Positions 10,201 to 22,193 of a stretch of 64,000 bases of DNA are shown piece by piece; position 1 is the first letter of the stretch; every line of letters starts with the position of its first letter. Location of the stretch: contig NW_003314382.1 in NCBI RefSeq assembly GCF_000143415.4, positions 274,210-338,209 on the forward strand, written 5' to 3'. Source of the stretch: Selaginella moellendorffii. Lineage: Eukaryota > Plantae > Lycopodiophyta. Below the pieces are notes generated by a model, which saw only the letters and a program-made list of their open reading frames with translations, did not search any database and was not told the origin of the DNA. Both the position numbers and the translations under genes were made by a program.

Positions 10201-11262
10201 ATGCCGGTGAAGAAGAGCCTCCGCCCAAGTCTCAAGCTCCCCATCCCAGCGCGCGACGCCGGCTTCGCCAAGCCTCCACTCCCACTCCCACTGCCGCAGC
10301 AATCCAATCCTCTCGGCAGCGCCACCAGCAGGGACGTCCTCCTCGAGGATCTGGAGCGCCTGGAGATCCTCGGCCATGGCAGCGGCGGCAAGGTCTACAA
10401 GGCGCGCCACCGCATCACCGGCACCCTCTACGCGCTCAAGATCATCCAGGAGAAGCACGACCCGGCGGTGCGCAAGCTCATCGTCCGCGAGATCGAGATC
10501 ACGCGCCGCTTCTCCGCCAGATCCCCCTACGTGGTCCAGTGCTACGGCGTCTTCGAGCGCGGCGGCGAGATCTCGCTGGTGCTCGAGTTCATGGACGGAG
10601 GTACGCTCGCCAACGTCCTGGCCGCCCGCAAGACCATCGACGAGAGGTTCCTGGCGAGAGTGACGCGCCAGGCGCTCAAGGGTCTCATGTACCTCCACGC
10701 CAACAAGATCGTCCACCGCGACATCAAGCCCTCCAATCTGCTGCTCAACCGGAAGAACGAGGTGAAGATCGCGGACTTTGGAGTGAGCACCCAGCTCGCG
10801 CACACTCTCGCCCAGTGCAACTCCTTCGTTGGAACCTGCGCCTACATGAGCCCCGAGAGATTCGACCCGGATGGTCACGGCGGCCACTACGACTCCTCCG
10901 CGGATATCTGGAGCCTCGGCCTCACGCTGCTCGAGTGCGCCATTGGCTACTTCCCCTGCGTCGCCCCCGGCCAGAAGCCCGACTGGCCGACGCTCGTCTG
11001 GGCGATTTGCCTCGGGGATCCTCCCTCGCCACCCCCGGACGCGTCGCCGGAGTTCAAGAGCTTCATCCGGAGCTGCCTCCAGAAGAATTCCTCGCAGCGC
11101 CCGTCCGCCGCCAGGCTGCTCCACCACCCTTTCCTGCTCAAGTCGGACGACGAGGTCGCGCAGCTCCGGCCCCTCATCAGCTCCTTGAGGCTGGTCTCGT
11201 CGTCCTCGACTTCGTCTTCGCAGCCCCTGGGTGTTCCTGCTCGGTTCGGCCACCCGAAGTGA
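10201..11262 (+). CDS. MAP kinase kinase, group D (MKK7/MKK9-like), intronless
   Basis: N-terminal docking-like KKSLRPSLKL; GHGSGGKVYK, HRDIKPSNLL, DFGVS; activation loop T-X5-S (TLAQCNS); GTCAYMSPERFD typical of group D. Confidence 0.92.
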   Translation: MPVKKSLRPSLKLPIPARDAGFAKPPLPLPLPQQSNPLGSATSRDVLLEDLERLEILGHGSGGKVYKARHRITGTLYALKIIQEKHDPAVRKLIVREIEITRRFSARSPYVVQCYGVFERGGEISLVLEFMDGGTLANVLAARKTIDERFLARVTRQALKGLMYLHANKIVHRDIKPSNLLLNRKNEVKIADFGVSTQLAHTLAQCNSFVGTCAYMSPERFDPDGHGGHYDSSADIWSLGLTLLECAIGYFPCVAPGQKPDWPTLVWAICLGDPPSPPPDASPEFKSFIRSCLQKNSSQRPSAARLLHHPFLLKSDDEVAQLRPLISSLRLVSSSSTSSSQPLGVPARFGHPK

Positions 11263-11378
11263 ATAAAAATCCAACCTTTACTGGTCTCGCTGGTCCTGCC
11301 GTCTCGATCCAGTATAGGAGCACTCGTCCGGATCATAACTAGCTGATAACGCTCTCGTACGTAGCTATCCATCCATCC

Positions 11379-14226
11379 TCAGTTGCTGTGTTGATCAGAG
11401 GTGGGAGTAGTTGCGCTGGATCTTTCTGGCGAGCATACCCCCTGCTGCTGCTCCGGCTCTGCGTTGTCTGACCGGGGAGTTGCGACGAGATCTTTCCCGC
11501 TTCTGCGACCAAACAACGAGTGCCCGATATGGGACGCTGTCCTCTCGGCCTGCTTCACCACACCCCTGGCCCTGTCCCTTATTCTCATTGATCGCCGGCC
11601 GGGGGAGACCTCCTGCGATTCAGCGTCGTCCAGCCCGTCACTGGCTCGCATTGAATCCTCTGCCAGCTTTGGTGTTGGAACCTGACTGTTGGTGCCAGTT
11701 TGGACGCCAGAAGGGGTGGGAGTCAAGTCGGTTCTCGCGTCGCTTGGTTTAGCAGCGGCCTTATCTGGTAAAGACAATGCTGGCGTCGAATCTTCCGGAG
11801 CTGGAGCTGGAGAAGTCACAGCAGAGTCCGTGTCGATAACTGTTCGCAGCTTCATCTGTCCTCCTTTCTCGCTGATGCTAACCAGCTCTCCGGATACGAG
11901 CTTTTTATCTCGGGGTCCACGGTGGCTCCACTTCCAGAACCTCGCCTTCCCCCCGGGTTGGCCGGATTTGTCACCCTCGCTGTCACTAGATTCGGACTCT
12001 CGCTCGAGGCTGCCACTGAAGAGAGTATTGTCTGGCAACTCAACATCTTCATCGAGCTTCCTTCCTTTTCTACCACGCCACTTCTTTTGCACTGCCTTTC
12101 CGGGCCTCATTATAGAAAATATTCCCGAGGCACTCACGCCAGTGTCAATGATTTCGTAATGATCCAAGCCAAGTGAATCAGGTAAAGATTCATCTCCATC
12201 TGTAGTCAGCCTTGTACTAGGCGATACCTCCTGCAGCAAGGTATCAACATCATGAATAAAACCACCACTATCATCGTCATCACCACAGAATTTACCACTT
12301 CGAGTTGACAATCGGGTGCTTCCTCAACCGTAATTGCGAAAGTGATGCGCCCAGTTTTTACGCCTTTAAGGGGCAAGCAAACTTCATGCCGATCGCCGCC
12401 TCTAAACTTCGCCAGTAACACGTCGCAATACCTGTTCATAAAGTAGCGCCATCAATCACACAAGCGTCTCATAATCCCAAACTAGAAATGCACAAACCCG
12501 AGATTGTCGTCCCGAAAGAGATCTTTGTCCCTCACGTGAAACATCATACGGTTTTGGATCTCCCAGCTTCTTATGGGTAAACGAAATACTTCTCTCCACT
12601 TGGGATTGAGAGTCTTCCACTTTATTGACGTTTTAAAACGATTAGTGTTCAGTACTCCTTTCACGAAAGGATCCGCCAATCCTGAACGAAAAGCAAAAAG
12701 CAAAGAAAAGGTTCAGAAATAAAATCCATGAATATTAGCTTACCATTGACATCAGCCGGTTTTAATTGTGTTGCTTCAAGGATTTCAACTACAGCAACAG
12801 CAACCGGAGGCGCGGACTCCGCTGCAAACAAGGCGATCATAAGCCTATCACACAGCTTGAATGAGGTAATTACCACTTGGAAGAGTTGCGTACTCGGATG
12901 TTGCCCAACTATTTGCAATCTTTTCGACATTTATCACCAGCATGTTTGGCTATAAAAACCAATGATCATCAAAATCAAACTCGTGCATAACCTTCTAACC
13001 TTCACGACCGAGTCCTCTAGCGCATCCATCAGCATCGTGTCCTATTCAGAACAAAGAAAAAAGCAAAAAGCTTATCACAAACAAAACAAAAGAGTGACAG
13101 ATTATCTACCAGCCAGCTTGCGATTCCAGGAAGCTCAGCCATGTCCATCCCATACGTCGAGAGCGGCCGTGCTTCGATCTGGACGTAAGGCGCACTCTCG
13201 AAGCTGATCCGGAGACGACTAACAAATGGCCATCCCCCATGAAACCTCACTCCAAGACGAACCTTCTCAAAACAAAACAAAAGTTTTCTACAAACATTCA
13301 GCCAAAAGCACCAGACAAATACCTTTCCTTCAATATGTAGCTTCGAGATATGTAACTTTGTCCAGAGCCCTCCAAGGCGCTTTCTCAGCTGAACAGAGAG
13401 CACCGCGCTCATATCATCAGCAGCCACAAATTCCATAATAGTTTCAAAGACCTGAAAGAAATACATGAAAGTTTAGGAGAAAGAAGTCTAAAAACTCGCA
13501 AGAAACATTACCACGTCGTCATCCGTCCCAGAAGGATCCAGAGCTCGCATGCCCGCAAACATGGGTGGATTTCTTCCCAGAGCAAAGCTTTGCAGTACAC
13601 CATCTTGCTGCCAGTAGAGTGGAGAAAAACGTGACCTCCTCCGAAAAAATTCAACACCAAACGAAGAACATACATACCACTGTCCAGGGCTTGTACTTGG
13701 CCAGGAAAAACGGCATGAGAGGAGCTAGAAAATCCTGAGACGCAAACTTCTCCAGGAAAACTGGCCATGCTTTTGCGACAGTCTCGTTGAGCCACCGGAC
13801 ACTCTCAAAGTCTGATAACAACTGCAGCACGCTGCTGAGCTCCAATCCGACAACACTGGATCCACCATCAATCAGCACATACCTGTTTTTGAAACGCGTG
13901 CTTTCGCTCCTCGTGGCGAATCCGCCGGAGCCACTTCTCGCGATGGCGTCTCTCAATCTAGAAATCCAAAATTCTATCTTAGAAAAAACAATTCCAAGAG
14001 CGACCAGCCAGCCACTTACGTGAAAGAGAAAGATGAAGCCAACGACAGGGACGATCGCGTAATTTATCCCCAGGAGCGAAAGAATCCACACCACAACGAG
14101 GACCAATGCGGCGTGGAGAATGAAAGGCCAATGGAGCAGCCAATGGAAAACCTGATCCATCCTCGCGCCGTCGCCGCTGCTACTATCGCCGCCGCGCGCC
14201 TCGGATTCAGCTCCTCGATCGCCCAT
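11379..14226 (-). CDS. N-terminal TM + SMP + C2 domain protein (At1g53590/NTMC2 type 6-like), multi-exon
   Basis: TM segment; SDFESVRWLN, FLAKYKPWT, MEFVAADDMSAVL, DMAELPGIASWL (SMP); VEILEATQLKPADVNG|LADPFVKG...KTLNPKW...VRDKDLFRDDNLG (C2); low-complexity tail. Start could alternatively be 14160 or 14340. Confidence 0.88.
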
Positions 14227-14409
14227 AGCTGCCGATCCTAGGGTTTCCTCCCCTGAGAATTCTTGCATCCCAAATGTCGGTGTCCCGTCTCCTTTATCCG
14301 CGACCCCAGCCGCTTTCCCCTGTTCACGATCCTCCCCCATGGGAAAACGAGTGAGAAGATCGTGCCTGGCGTTGCCACGTACAGGTTTAAGGAAGAAAAA
14401 CTTTCCAGC

Positions 14410-14457
14410 GGATATTCTCTACATTTGTCAGAGCATATTCGCAGAACAGGAATATTC
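14410..14457. promoter_or_regulatory. Cluster of three P1BS (PHR1-binding, GNATATNC) motifs
   Basis: GGATATTC 14410-14417, GCATATTC 14433-14440, GAATATTC 14450-14457, about 185-230 bp upstream of the SMP-C2 ATG at 14226. Confidence 0.6.
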
Positions 14458-14500
14458 TGTAACGGGAATCTGCTAGATTTAGACGAGAATAGCTTCCATT

Positions 14501-17308
14501 TTAAATTGCGTGTAACATGTTTGAGAGGATGACGAACTTGGCGCTCTCCCTGGGATGCAAACGCCCAAATTCTCTCGCGGCTCTGCCCGCTCTCCCCTGC
14601 TCGCTCTGGCGCTCGCAAGCGCTGAGGAAGCTCGTCCATGACGCGGCGCGAGCTTTGAGATCCTCGCTGCTCGCCAGGAACTCCTCGGCCTCCTCGATCC
14701 ACCCGGTGCGTCCCAGCAGATCCATCAAGCACAGCTTGTGCTCGATGCTCGGCTGCATCCCCTGGTCTCTCACCATTGTGCTAAACACGCTGCCAGCGGC
14801 GTCCACCAGGCCCGAGTGGCTGCAAGCCTGAAGGATGCTGGTGAGAGTAACGTCGTCGGCTTCCACGCCTTCCAAGCTCATCCGCCAGACCAGCTCCACT
14901 GCCTCGGCTCCATGGCCGTGCCGAGCGTACGCCGTGACCATCGACGTCCAGGAGATCACGCTCCTGCTCTTGATCCCCTCGAAGACGTTCCTGGATTCCA
15001 CCAAGTTGCCGCACTTCCCATACATGTCGACGAGAGCGTTCTGGACGATCAGATCCTCGGCAAAGCCACTGGCAGCGACGTCGTAGTGCAGTTCTCTTCC
15101 CCTGGAAATCTCTCCGAGGTTGGAACACGCCGCCAGGACGCTCGCGAAGGTGAGTCCGTCTGCTTTCGGCTTGGCCTCGTCCTGCTGCATCTTCTCGTAG
15201 AGCAGCAAGGCCTCCTGGCTGGATCCAGCTTGGACGTAGCCAGCTATCATCGCGTTCCAGGACACGATGTTCTTCGAGCAGAGGTTGTCAAAGTTCGTCC
15301 TGGCAGTAACCACGTCTCCACACCTGGCGTACATGTTGACGAGCGCAGTCCCTACGACTGTATCGCCTTCGAATCCCCGAGAGATAATCTGCCTGTGGAC
15401 AGTTCTTCCTTCCGGTAGAAGACCCGGAGAGGAAACCGCGCTCAAAATGCTGGCAAACGTGAAGACGTCTGCCTCAATCCCCTCCAAGTTCATCCGGCGA
15501 TAGACTTTGATGGCCTCCAGGTCTTGTCCATGCTGAGCGTGTGCTGCTATCAAGGCGCTCCAGGAGACCACGTCCCTGTCTACCGTGCCCGTAAAAACTC
15601 CCTGTGCATCCTCGAGGCTTCCACACCTTGCGTACATGGTTACGAGTGCATTGCGCACCATGGTAACCGATTCCAGTCCAGCTTCCACCGTCTTCCTGTG
15701 AATTTCCCTGCCTTCTTCAAGTGCTTCTAAACTCGCACAGGCCGTGAGAGCGGTAGCAAATGTGATGGCGTCCGGCTTCATCTTCATGCTCTTGAACAAG
15801 CTGAGAGCCTCCCTGAACTGTTCGTGAAGAACCTGTGCACCGAGAACTGCGTTCCACGAGACAATGTCTCGTCTGTCCATGCTCTCGAAAACTTTTCGTA
15901 CGTCCGCCAAGCTGCCACATTTGGAATACATGTTTAGCAGGGCATTCTGTAGAATCAAATCCGAAACCAGCGACTTACCAAGTCGTTTGTGGATAGCTCT
16001 GCCGGCATCCAGCGAGCGCAAGTTTGAGCAAGCAGAGAAAAGTGTCGAGAAGGTAAACACGTCCGGTTCTCTATCCATGACTTTGAAGAGCTCGAGAGCA
16101 GCTTGGTTACCCCCGGTTTGAACGTAGGCCGCCAGCATAGCGTTCCAAGTGACACGATTCTTCGTTTCCATCCGGTCGAAAACGTTCTTTGCGTCCGAAA
16201 TGCTGTGACACTTTGCGAACATATTCAGCAACGCAGTGCCCGTCACGACGTCAGGCTTAAAGCCCGCTGCTAGAAACCGCTCGTGGATACCCCGGCCCTG
16301 ATCCAACACTCCAACCTTAGCGCAAGCACTAAACACCGCAATGAAAGTGAAAACATCCGGGTCTATACCTTCCAAGTCCATCCGCTGAAAGAGCGTGAGT
16401 GCTAGCTTTCCATGACCCTGTTGCGTGTACGCTCCCAAGAGCGCGCTCCAGGAGCTGGAATCTCTCACCGTCATCCCGTCGAAAACTTTCCTCGCACTCT
16501 CCAGATCCTTGCACTTGCCATACATGTTCACGAGAGAATTCTGCAAAGTCAAGTTTGAGTCGAGACCCATGGAAACAATCCTTGCGTGAAGCTCCTTACC
16601 TTGGCTCAAGAGTCCCATGCTCGAACAAGCGCTGAGAACTGTGGAGAAAGTGACAGCATCCGGCTCGCTACCTTCCAGCAGCATTCGATGATAAACACAC
16701 AGAGCCTCGCGAGCGTGGCCGTGAAAGACATACCCAGAGATGATCGCGTTCCAAGACACGACGTCTTTGATCCTGATCTTCTGGAAAACTACCCATGCAT
16801 CGTCCAAGCTCCGGCACTTAGCGTACATGCTCACGAGCGCATTCTGGACGACGAGGTCGGTGTCAGCTCCACAAGCTATAATCCTAGCGTGAATCTCCTT
16901 ACCTCGATCGAGAGCTCCCATCTTAGCACAAGCGCCAAGAACCGCCGAGTACGCGAAGGCATCTGGCTCCACTCTCTCGCCGGCCATCGCGCGGAAGAAG
17001 AAATCCACCGCATCGCCGTGGCGATGGTTGCGCGTGTAGGCGCCGATCATGAGCGTCCACGAGAAGTCGTTCTTGCGCGCCATTTCTTGGAAAACCCTGG
17101 ATGCCTCATCCGTGCTGCCGCATTTCCCATACATCTGGATCAACAAATTTCCCAAGAACACATCCCTATCGAGCCCGTGGTCGCGGATCTTGGCATGGAT
17201 GCGCCGGCCATCGCTCAAGACCCTGCATTCTCGGAGAAGAGCCACTAGGGTTTCGCAATTCTTCCCGCGAGGATCCCTGACCGCCACAAAGCCGCCGCGA
17301 GCATCCAT
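14501..17308 (-). CDS. Long PLS-class PPR protein with degenerate E domain, no DYW
   Basis: Intronless ORF of ~935 aa from ATG 17308 (the track start at 17332 is GTG). Many NALVxMYxKCG / DVVSWNA / PDxxTFxxVLxACS triplets; ends FVILSNM. Confidence 0.93.
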   Translation of the reverse strand: MDARGGFVAVRDPRGKNCETLVALLRECRVLSDGRRIHAKIRDHGLDRDVFLGNLLIQMYGKCGSTDEASRVFQEMARKNDFSWTLMIGAYTRNHRHGDAVDFFFRAMAGERVEPDAFAYSAVLGACAKMGALDRGKEIHARIIACGADTDLVVQNALVSMYAKCRSLDDAWVVFQKIRIKDVVSWNAIISGYVFHGHAREALCVYHRMLLEGSEPDAVTFSTVLSACSSMGLLSQGKELHARIVSMGLDSNLTLQNSLVNMYGKCKDLESARKVFDGMTVRDSSSWSALLGAYTQQGHGKLALTLFQRMDLEGIDPDVFTFIAVFSACAKVGVLDQGRGIHERFLAAGFKPDVVTGTALLNMFAKCHSISDAKNVFDRMETKNRVTWNAMLAAYVQTGGNQAALELFKVMDREPDVFTFSTLFSACSNLRSLDAGRAIHKRLGKSLVSDLILQNALLNMYSKCGSLADVRKVFESMDRRDIVSWNAVLGAQVLHEQFREALSLFKSMKMKPDAITFATALTACASLEALEEGREIHRKTVEAGLESVTMVRNALVTMYARCGSLEDAQGVFTGTVDRDVVSWSALIAAHAQHGQDLEAIKVYRRMNLEGIEADVFTFASILSAVSSPGLLPEGRTVHRQIISRGFEGDTVVGTALVNMYARCGDVVTARTNFDNLCSKNIVSWNAMIAGYVQAGSSQEALLLYEKMQQDEAKPKADGLTFASVLAACSNLGEISRGRELHYDVAASGFAEDLIVQNALVDMYGKCGNLVESRNVFEGIKSRSVISWTSMVTAYARHGHGAEAVELVWRMSLEGVEADDVTLTSILQACSHSGLVDAAGSVFSTMVRDQGMQPSIEHKLCLMDLLGRTGWIEEAEEFLASSEDLKARAASWTSFLSACERQSEQGRAGRAAREFGRLHPRESAKFVILSNMLHAI

Positions 17309-17437
17309 TGGAGGACACCATTCGAAGATCACACAATGACAGAGTAGAATAAATCACACTGATCTTCTTTTAGGGTTCTTAGCTAAGGTGGGTAGAAAAA
17401 CAATCCGTACAACCCAACAACCTAATCCGTACGTCAA

Positions 17438-18055
17438 TCAATCAATCAAGCCGGTTTGCGCCCACACCGCGTTTCTCACTCGCCTCAAATCCCTGCCCTT
17501 GAGCGTCCTGCCCGCGCCCTCCAGAACCGAGAAGGCGACCATGGAGCTAGTGCGAATTCGCGCCGCGTCTTGCCTCGCAGCTAGCTTGTGCGGCGGAATC
17601 CACTCGTGGTTCTCCTTCTCCTCCTCGTCGGCGAGCTCCAGCTCCAGCTCGGGCGATCCCGCGCTCTTGCGCTTCTGCTGGAGGATCTTGGTCCAATCGG
17701 GCACATTGATGGGGTCGGCGCGCTGGATTGTCGATCGCCGCGAAGAATTGGGAGATGGGCTCGCAAGATTCCCATTTCCCTCCCAGTTGGCCGACATCCA
17801 CGCCCGGAACAATCGATTGCTCTCGTGCCGCCGCAATTGATCGTCCCACTGGATCTCCTCCGGGTACATCACCGCCCACACTTCCTCCTCGATCAATTCA
17901 CTGGTCGAATCCCCCGAGCCCGCAGGACTGGCGTTGAGCCCCAAGAGCTTCTCCCGCCGTGATCCCACGCACGATCCGATCTTCTTGCCGCGCTGCTCCC
18001 GGATCAAGCACGTCAGATTGCTCGAAATGCGCTCCCGCTGCCTGGAGATCATCAT
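17438..18055 (-). CDS. S40 senescence regulator (DUF584)
   Basis: PINVPDWTKIL, WIPPHKL, FSVLEGAGRTLKGRDLRRVRNAVWAQTG signature. Confidence 0.92.
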   Translation of the reverse strand: MMISRQRERISSNLTCLIREQRGKKIGSCVGSRREKLLGLNASPAGSGDSTSELIEEEVWAVMYPEEIQWDDQLRRHESNRLFRAWMSANWEGNGNLASPSPNSSRRSTIQRADPINVPDWTKILQQKRKSAGSPELELELADEEEKENHEWIPPHKLAARQDAARIRTSSMVAFSVLEGAGRTLKGRDLRRVRNAVWAQTGLID

Positions 18056-18878
18056 CTGTGCGCTCCTTGGGCGTGTGAGAATCGATCCACCCAAATCGTT
18101 TGTGTGAGGATCGCGTCTGCGTGACACAGGGAATTCAATTCGCTATCAAAACCCGCGATCCCAGTCACGTCCCCCAAGCATTCGATTGATCGATTCGATC
18201 GATCCCTAAAATTTTTCTTGCCGACAGAGAGGAGAGGGAGAGAGAGGGGTATGTGAAAGTTCTTCCTTTCCCCATTTTTATTTGCAAAGTGGAGGCTATA
18301 GCACCACGGTGACGGCATGGTGGATATTATGACGGCTGCGGGGCCAGGTGGCGTCATTTCATGGACCCCGCGCGGGAGATTCGATGCTCCGTCTGCTAGC
18401 GTAGTGGGCCCGCGCCCGTCACGTGGAGCCATGGCCAGCCATGGCCACCCCCGCCGTACATACACCGGCCAGGTGATTCGTACGCGGTGACGTGGACCAC
18501 TGGCATTTGTTTATGCTTGGCTATGGCGAAAGCCAAAAAAGTCGAGAGAGGAAGAAACGAACAAAAGCAAGTGGGCGAGGGCGATGAGACGCGATTTTAT
18601 GTCGCGAGCGAAGCGATGGGGTCCCCCAATCCAAGCCCGTATGGTGCTTTGACAATGAGAGCTCGCGATTCTTGGGCTGTGGGGGCCCTCGATCTCCATG
18701 AATTCTCATCAATTCGGCGGGGCCAGGAGAAGATTCACGCAATTCACAGTGCTGTTGGGGCCTTGTCCTTCTCGGGGGGACTAAACAATTCCATGGATCT
18801 CGCAGTGCTTTGCTCGGCCTATATTATCGACGGGGGTTTTTCAAACGGCTAGTTTGGTTTTTAGGGTTCTTGGTGGCT

Positions 18879-20905
18879 ATGGCGGCAGTGGCGATGGAGG
18901 TGGACGACGCCCCGCCGCTGGAGAGGAAGGAGGCGCGATACACTCGGAAGGTGCGTGAAATCGGTTTCGCAAGATCGCTTTCGGCATTCCTAGCTGCTGC
19001 GCCGCCCAGGATGAAGATTTCGAGCGGCGCGTCCAGCGGTACAAGGGCCAGCAGTACAGCCACCTCTATTACTGCCGGCTGCACAAGCTTCGTGGAGCTC
19101 TCAGCTCGCTCGTTCAATCCGGCTTTCCTGGTGTTCCAGGTGAGAGATTCTTTTTTCTTCTCGGATCGGCATCGCTGTTTTTTTGCTTTGTAGTTTGTCC
19201 GATCTTGGGACTGGAAGATGGGAAGCGTTGCGTTGTGATTGGAACGATCTACAAGCAGATGAAGCTCAAGCCATCTATTCTGGATGAATACGCAAAAGAG
19301 GTAACCATACTCTTTTCTTTTCTTCGTTGTCTGATACTTTCTCCTGCAGCGCTCAAAGCTTCCACTCGCAACAGCTTCTAATTTCATGCATCCAGATGAT
19401 TATTTGGTGCTAGAAGATGAGAGTGGTCGCGTGAAGCTCGTGGGCAGCGTGGTTGTGCCCTCGAATTATGTTACCGGTATGTATCTTTAGGACCAAGTGT
19501 TCGAAAAAAATCACATTTTTTGCTCGCAGGCATTGTCATTGCTGCTTGTGGAGCGGCAGGAAAGGACGGCGACTTCTTTGTACAAGAAATAATCGAGCCC
19601 GGTTTACCACCTCAGCCACCTTTGCCTTCCATCACAGGCAAGCGAGCCTGCCTATACTTGAAGTTTTGCGTCTGATCGCGTCTTTTCTCAGAGGACAAGT
19701 ATGTCGCTTTCATCTCTGGCTTGAGGATTGGTAGTGATCATTGTGATCCTTTGCAACTACAGCTCTTGGTTGATCACCTTACTGGTCATTTGGGTGACGA
19801 ACAGGTAAACGGACAACAGGAATATATCAAAATTTATGTGATCTTTATTGTTTAGGAGCAAATGTTGAGCGCTCAGGTCATTCGTCTGATAGTTGCGGGA
19901 AATTCTCTTGATATGCAATATAACTTACTCGCTGGGCAGGTTTGTCTTCCAAAAAAACATTTTATATGCTCTTGTTCACTTTGATTAGCATTTGCAGGCT
20001 ATTTCCGCCAAGGACCAAGCGAGGTTGACTGAACCAGTGAAGGAGCTCGACCTTGTGCTAACTCAAGTAAGTCCGTGCACTCGCATTTGCTACTGACATT
20101 GGGCTTGTAACAGATAGCAGCAGCAATGCCAGTTGATATTATGCCCGGAGCAAATGACCCTGCAAACTTTACTTTGCCCCAGCAGGTATGAATTGCTTGT
20201 TGATATGACCACCACAATTGAAACACTGTTCCAGTCCTTGCATAAGTGTCTTTTTCCTGGAGCTTCTGCTTACTGTACCTTTTTACCTGCGACAAATCCT
20301 CATCGATTTGAACTGGACGGTATAGAGTAAGTGTTCTCTGTTTGATATTACTGTTCAAGAATCAACAAGTTCCGTGTTTTAGCATTCAGGTTTCTCGGCA
20401 CATCTGGACAAAATGTCGATGATCTTGACAAGTACTCGGAAGCCAAAGATGTCCTCGAGCTTATGGAAAGAACACTGCGCTGGAGACATATTGCGCCTAC
20501 AGCTCCTGATACACTGGGTATGCTGTCACGCAAATTACATCGTTCACTCTGTGCTGCGAGCAGGCTGTTACCCATACACCGATAAGGATCCGTTCGTTCT
20601 GGACAGATGTCCACATGTTTACTTCTGTGGAAATCAGAGGAGCTGTATGTCTCGCTTACTTACTGGTATGTGTATCTGCTTGGCCCAGTTTCTTACCACC
20701 GACTGACTGTTTCTTCTTCCAAAAAGTTGAAGGGAAATCGGTGAGAGCCATTTCGATTCCGCGCTTTTGTGATTCGGGAACCGCCGTGCTGGTAACTTGT
20801 TCAGACCGTTTGTTTGGTTCTAACATCGATGAGCGCCAGGTGAATTTGCGGACATTGGATTACCATCTGCTTACGCTTTCCACCTCCGCACTGTTAGATG
20901 CTTGA
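18879..20905 (+). CDS. POLD2: DNA polymerase delta small subunit, multi-exon
   Basis: [58 protein letters not shown]|[55 protein letters not shown]. Confidence 0.95.
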
Positions 20906-21214
20906 GGTGGTGTAACAAGTACTCACCACCACTCTCCAGGAATCAGTGTAGAGCATGATTGCACTCGCATCTCGTGCAGGCTTGCACAGCTTTTTTCTCA
21001 TTCCGAGCCCTCAGGTACGTAGAAGTAGCATATATAACAGCACCTTGTTTTTTTTTCTTTTTCGTTATTACGTGCTTAAGGACTTGACTCTTATGGAGGC
21101 TACAGCTTTGATCCTTGCCTCCATGATACCCCGCTTTGCAAAAATTTTTCTTCTTGACAATATAATACACAAAATTAGAGCGACGTTGATCGGGAGAGAA
21201 GCTGTGACCCCATC

Positions 21215-22193
21215 CTAAGCAGCAGCAGCAGTGGTTGCCGGTGTAACTTTGGCTCGCTGGTTGTGACGAACCTGCTGAGGAACACTCCCCATCTGCTTGA
21301 GCGCCGCTGAGGTACACTTCTCTCTTCGCTCCAAACGCTCATCGTTCAAAATTTGTTGGTGTCGACATTCAGCACTGCAGAATGCTCTGTCACCTCTGCA
21401 GGCACACACACAGAAAACTCGTGTGAGCGCGAGATCTGGCTAAAAATCGAAAGGCAACGAAACAAAGCAACGAGCAAGCGAGCCAGCAGCGGTGCACGTA
21501 CTTGTACATGAAGATGTCTCGGCCGTGAGAGATGTCCCGCTTGCACTGGTAGCACGAGTCCAGGAAGCCGAGCGTGGTGAACGACGGCCGGAGCGCGCAC
21601 TTGGTGGAATTGGCCTCGAGGCAAAGGTGGAAGGTGGCGGAGTCGGCGGCATCCTTGTGCTTGCGCTGGTGAGTGTCGTGCATGTTGTAGCGAGCAGACT
21701 GATGGTAGTGGAAGTTCTTCGCAGGAGCGACGACGCCGGCCTGGGCCAAGGAGGATCGGATCACCGAAGTTGGCGAAGAAGAACCACTTAACTCGTCCTT
21801 GTCCAATGCCGCTACGATCCCCAGGCCGACCTTCCCGTGAGGAGAACAGGGCCCGAGCTCCTTGTTGCTGGGATCCGCGAGGATGCTGAGACCCGAGAAA
21901 GGCCTGGATTTCGTACCGGCGGGCGAGGGAGGCAGGGTGGTGGCCGCCGACGGAGATGGATCCTCGGTGGGCGCTGCGAAGCCGATCACCTGGTGTGGAA
22001 CAACAACATGCGGATGCTGGGGGCGCTGGAACTGGTGATCGGCCGATAGAGGGTGATCAGATCCGGCAGCCACGGCCGCTGCCACTTCTCCACCACATCC
22101 TCCTGCTGCTGCTGCTGCTGCTGCTCCTGCTCCGAGCGAGGCAACGCTCACGGTCCTCCTCATCATCAGCCTTGGGCGCTTACCAGCAGTCAT
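21215..22193 (-). CDS. FCS-like zinc finger (FLZ/DUF581) protein, 2 exons
   Basis: MTAGKRPRLMMRRT, VGLGIVAAL, FLDSCYQCKRDISHGRDIFMYK|GDRAFCSAECR; poly-Ala from a (GCT/AGC)n repeat. Confidence 0.93.

Noticed and set aside
10171-11274. 367-aa antisense ORF (and a 267-aa alternate frame) over the MAPKK
   Set aside because: Expected shadow of very high GC3 codon usage; no domain.
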